From the human T2T-CHM13v2.0 reference genome, Homo sapiens: 64,000 bases of DNA. The notes under the pieces are model-generated. The model was not told the origin of the DNA and did not search any database. It saw only the letters and a program-made list of their open reading frames with translations. The stretch lies in assembly GCF_009914755.1 (NCBI RefSeq), contig NC_060934.1. The stretch is one strand, 5' to 3'. The position numbers and the translations under genes were made by a program. Every line of letters starts with the position of its first letter. The stretch's first letter is position 1. This document shows positions 62,301 through 64,000 of this stretch, piece by piece.

Positions 62301-64000
62301 AGAGGTCTATATTAGCGTAGTATTTTTTGGTGTTGAAATTTGGGCTCTAATCCAGTATATGGTGCTTAAGAGTAATGACCAGTAGACAGGCTCTTAGCCA
62401 CTTGGTTCCTCTGTATTTCCTAGTTTTTGCATCCATGCCCCTTCTCAGTGCTAAGAGTGTAGGCTCCTCTCCTACTTGAGTGCTGGTCACAGATCTCAGC
62501 TTGGCCCTCTGGGGCTGTGCATCACAGCCCTGGAGCAAGCTAAGGCTTTTTGTTCCTTCCCCAGCTGGGGGGCAGCAGGGATGGGGACCTTGACAGTGGC
62601 AATGACAGAGGCCCTTTCACTTATCTCTTGGGGCTCCACCCAAGAGAAACTTAGAACTGCTGTCAATTAGAATGATCAGTCCAGGGTGGAGTGGCTGCAT
62701 TGCAAGCCCAAGCTGCCTGGTAAAGAGCAGGGATGTCAGAGGGTTCATGGGTAAGACAGTCTGGCCTCTCCTTTCTAGGGCAGCTGGGTTATGCTGGAGG
62801 TGTGAGTAAAGAACTCAGTCTTTTTGTTCCTTCCACAGCCTGGTGGTAGGGGACCAGGTAGCACTGGTAAGGGAAGGTTCTGCTGCTACAGCAGTGGCAG
62901 AGGGGCTGTCAGTTTCCTCTGGGAACTTCATGATGGAGTGACACAAAGCCACTGCCAATGGGAATGTTCACTGTGGTGGGGTGGCTGCACTGCAAGCCCA
63001 ATCTGGAGGCCCTGCCTGGTAAAGAGCATGGAGTCAAGGGCTCACAGGGAAGAGAGACTGGGCTCCTCTCCTTATGCTGGTTGCAGTGTGCTGGGGGTGT
63101 CAGCAAAGTGATCAGGGTCTTTATTCTCTTTCCAGCCCAAGGGTAGCAAGGGTAGTTCCTCTGTAGCAGCATGGCTGAGATTCTAGGTTGTCTCTGGGAT
63201 TTCCTCCCCAGAGAAATGCAGAGCCACCACCAACCTAAGTGCCCAGGTTGGGACAAGGAGGCTGTTCTGTATACCCAGGTCAGGAGGCACTGCTCAGTGA
63301 GGAGTAGCAGGGACAGGGACCCCTGTGGAAGTCTGGCCACTTTTCCATAAGGCAACTGTGGTATGCTGGAGGCCTGCAAGTCTTAGACTCTTTGCTCTAA
63401 CTGCAGCCTGAGGGCAGAAGGGGTGGGGGCTGCAGCAGTGTCAAAAAGGGCAGGCCTGTTGGTTACCTCTGGGATCAGCATCCCAGAGAAATGCAGAGTG
63501 GCTACTGGCCCTAGTGCCCAGGTGGAGGTGGGGTGGCTGTGTCGGGGTCCCAGGCCAGTGGGCTTTGCCCAGCAAGGTGTTGGTGAAAGTGAGGCCTGTA
63601 GTCTGTCTGCTTCTCAACACTGTGGTTGCAAGAGAGCCTGGCTTCCCTTCTTGGTGGAGCTAAGACAGCTGGTGCCATGGTGTTCAGGAATCCAAGGCCC
63701 TTGGGGTTCCTCATGGGCCTGAAAAGCGGCTCTGCCCTGACTCCATGTAGCTCTCCATGTCAGTCTGGAGGAACTGAGGGGAGGCCAGGGGGATCTCCTG
63801 TGCCCAGGATTGCATAGGTCCATGGAAGAAGAGTGGGTCCCCAGGCACTCTTGCTCACTTAATGTTTCCCTTGGTGGATACCCTGCCTTGGGTCCACTTC
63901 CGTCCCTAGTGGGCAGCTATCCTTTCTCACTCTTCTCCACTCTCCATGGGTCTCATTACTTCCTTGATGATTCTAAACATGCCCTCCTGGATGATCTAGT
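59399..64000 (-). mobile_element. L1PA15/16-type element, antisense, with ~2.4-kb internal ORF2 deletion and monomeric 5'UTR running off the window end
   Basis: 3' end at ~59400; ORF2 C-terminus (RWIKDLNV...[13 protein letters not shown]); junction at ~60736 to the EN region; ORF1 ~61200-62100; repeated 5'UTR units. Confidence 0.85.

Noticed and set aside
62909-63379. 156-aa ORF, the longest in the track
   Set aside because: It lies in the GC-rich L1 5'UTR monomer array and is a chance open frame.

Overview
Human genomic DNA from inside SLC39A12 (ZIP12, a LIV-1-subfamily zinc transporter) on the + strand. Ten GT-AG coding exons (1006-42788, matching annotated exons 3-12) splice in one frame, 1,686 nt / 562 aa. 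They run from CFEPDALLL... in the extracellular domain through the HNFADG and [10 protein letters not shown] metal-site helices to ...YLSLVEM. The first coding exon and the last exon lie outside the window. This haplotype encodes Ile304. The rest is intron dense in repeats: about 23 Alus, a near full-length antisense L1MA nested in an older L1M, L1MC and L1PA15/16-type elements, MaLR/ERVL/ERV1 LTRs and hAT/Tigger DNA transposon relics. A probable antisense lncRNA (SLC39A12-AS1) overlaps exon 12. I found no new biological system. The most unusual items are an ERV-L dUTPase frame restored by removing two nested insertions, a 41-bp locally templated insertion in an Alu tail, a chimeric three-arm Alu that probably marks a deletion, repeated Alu insertion into one target site, and several testable splicing features. 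Repeat subfamilies were assigned by eye against remembered consensus sequences and their boundaries are approximate.
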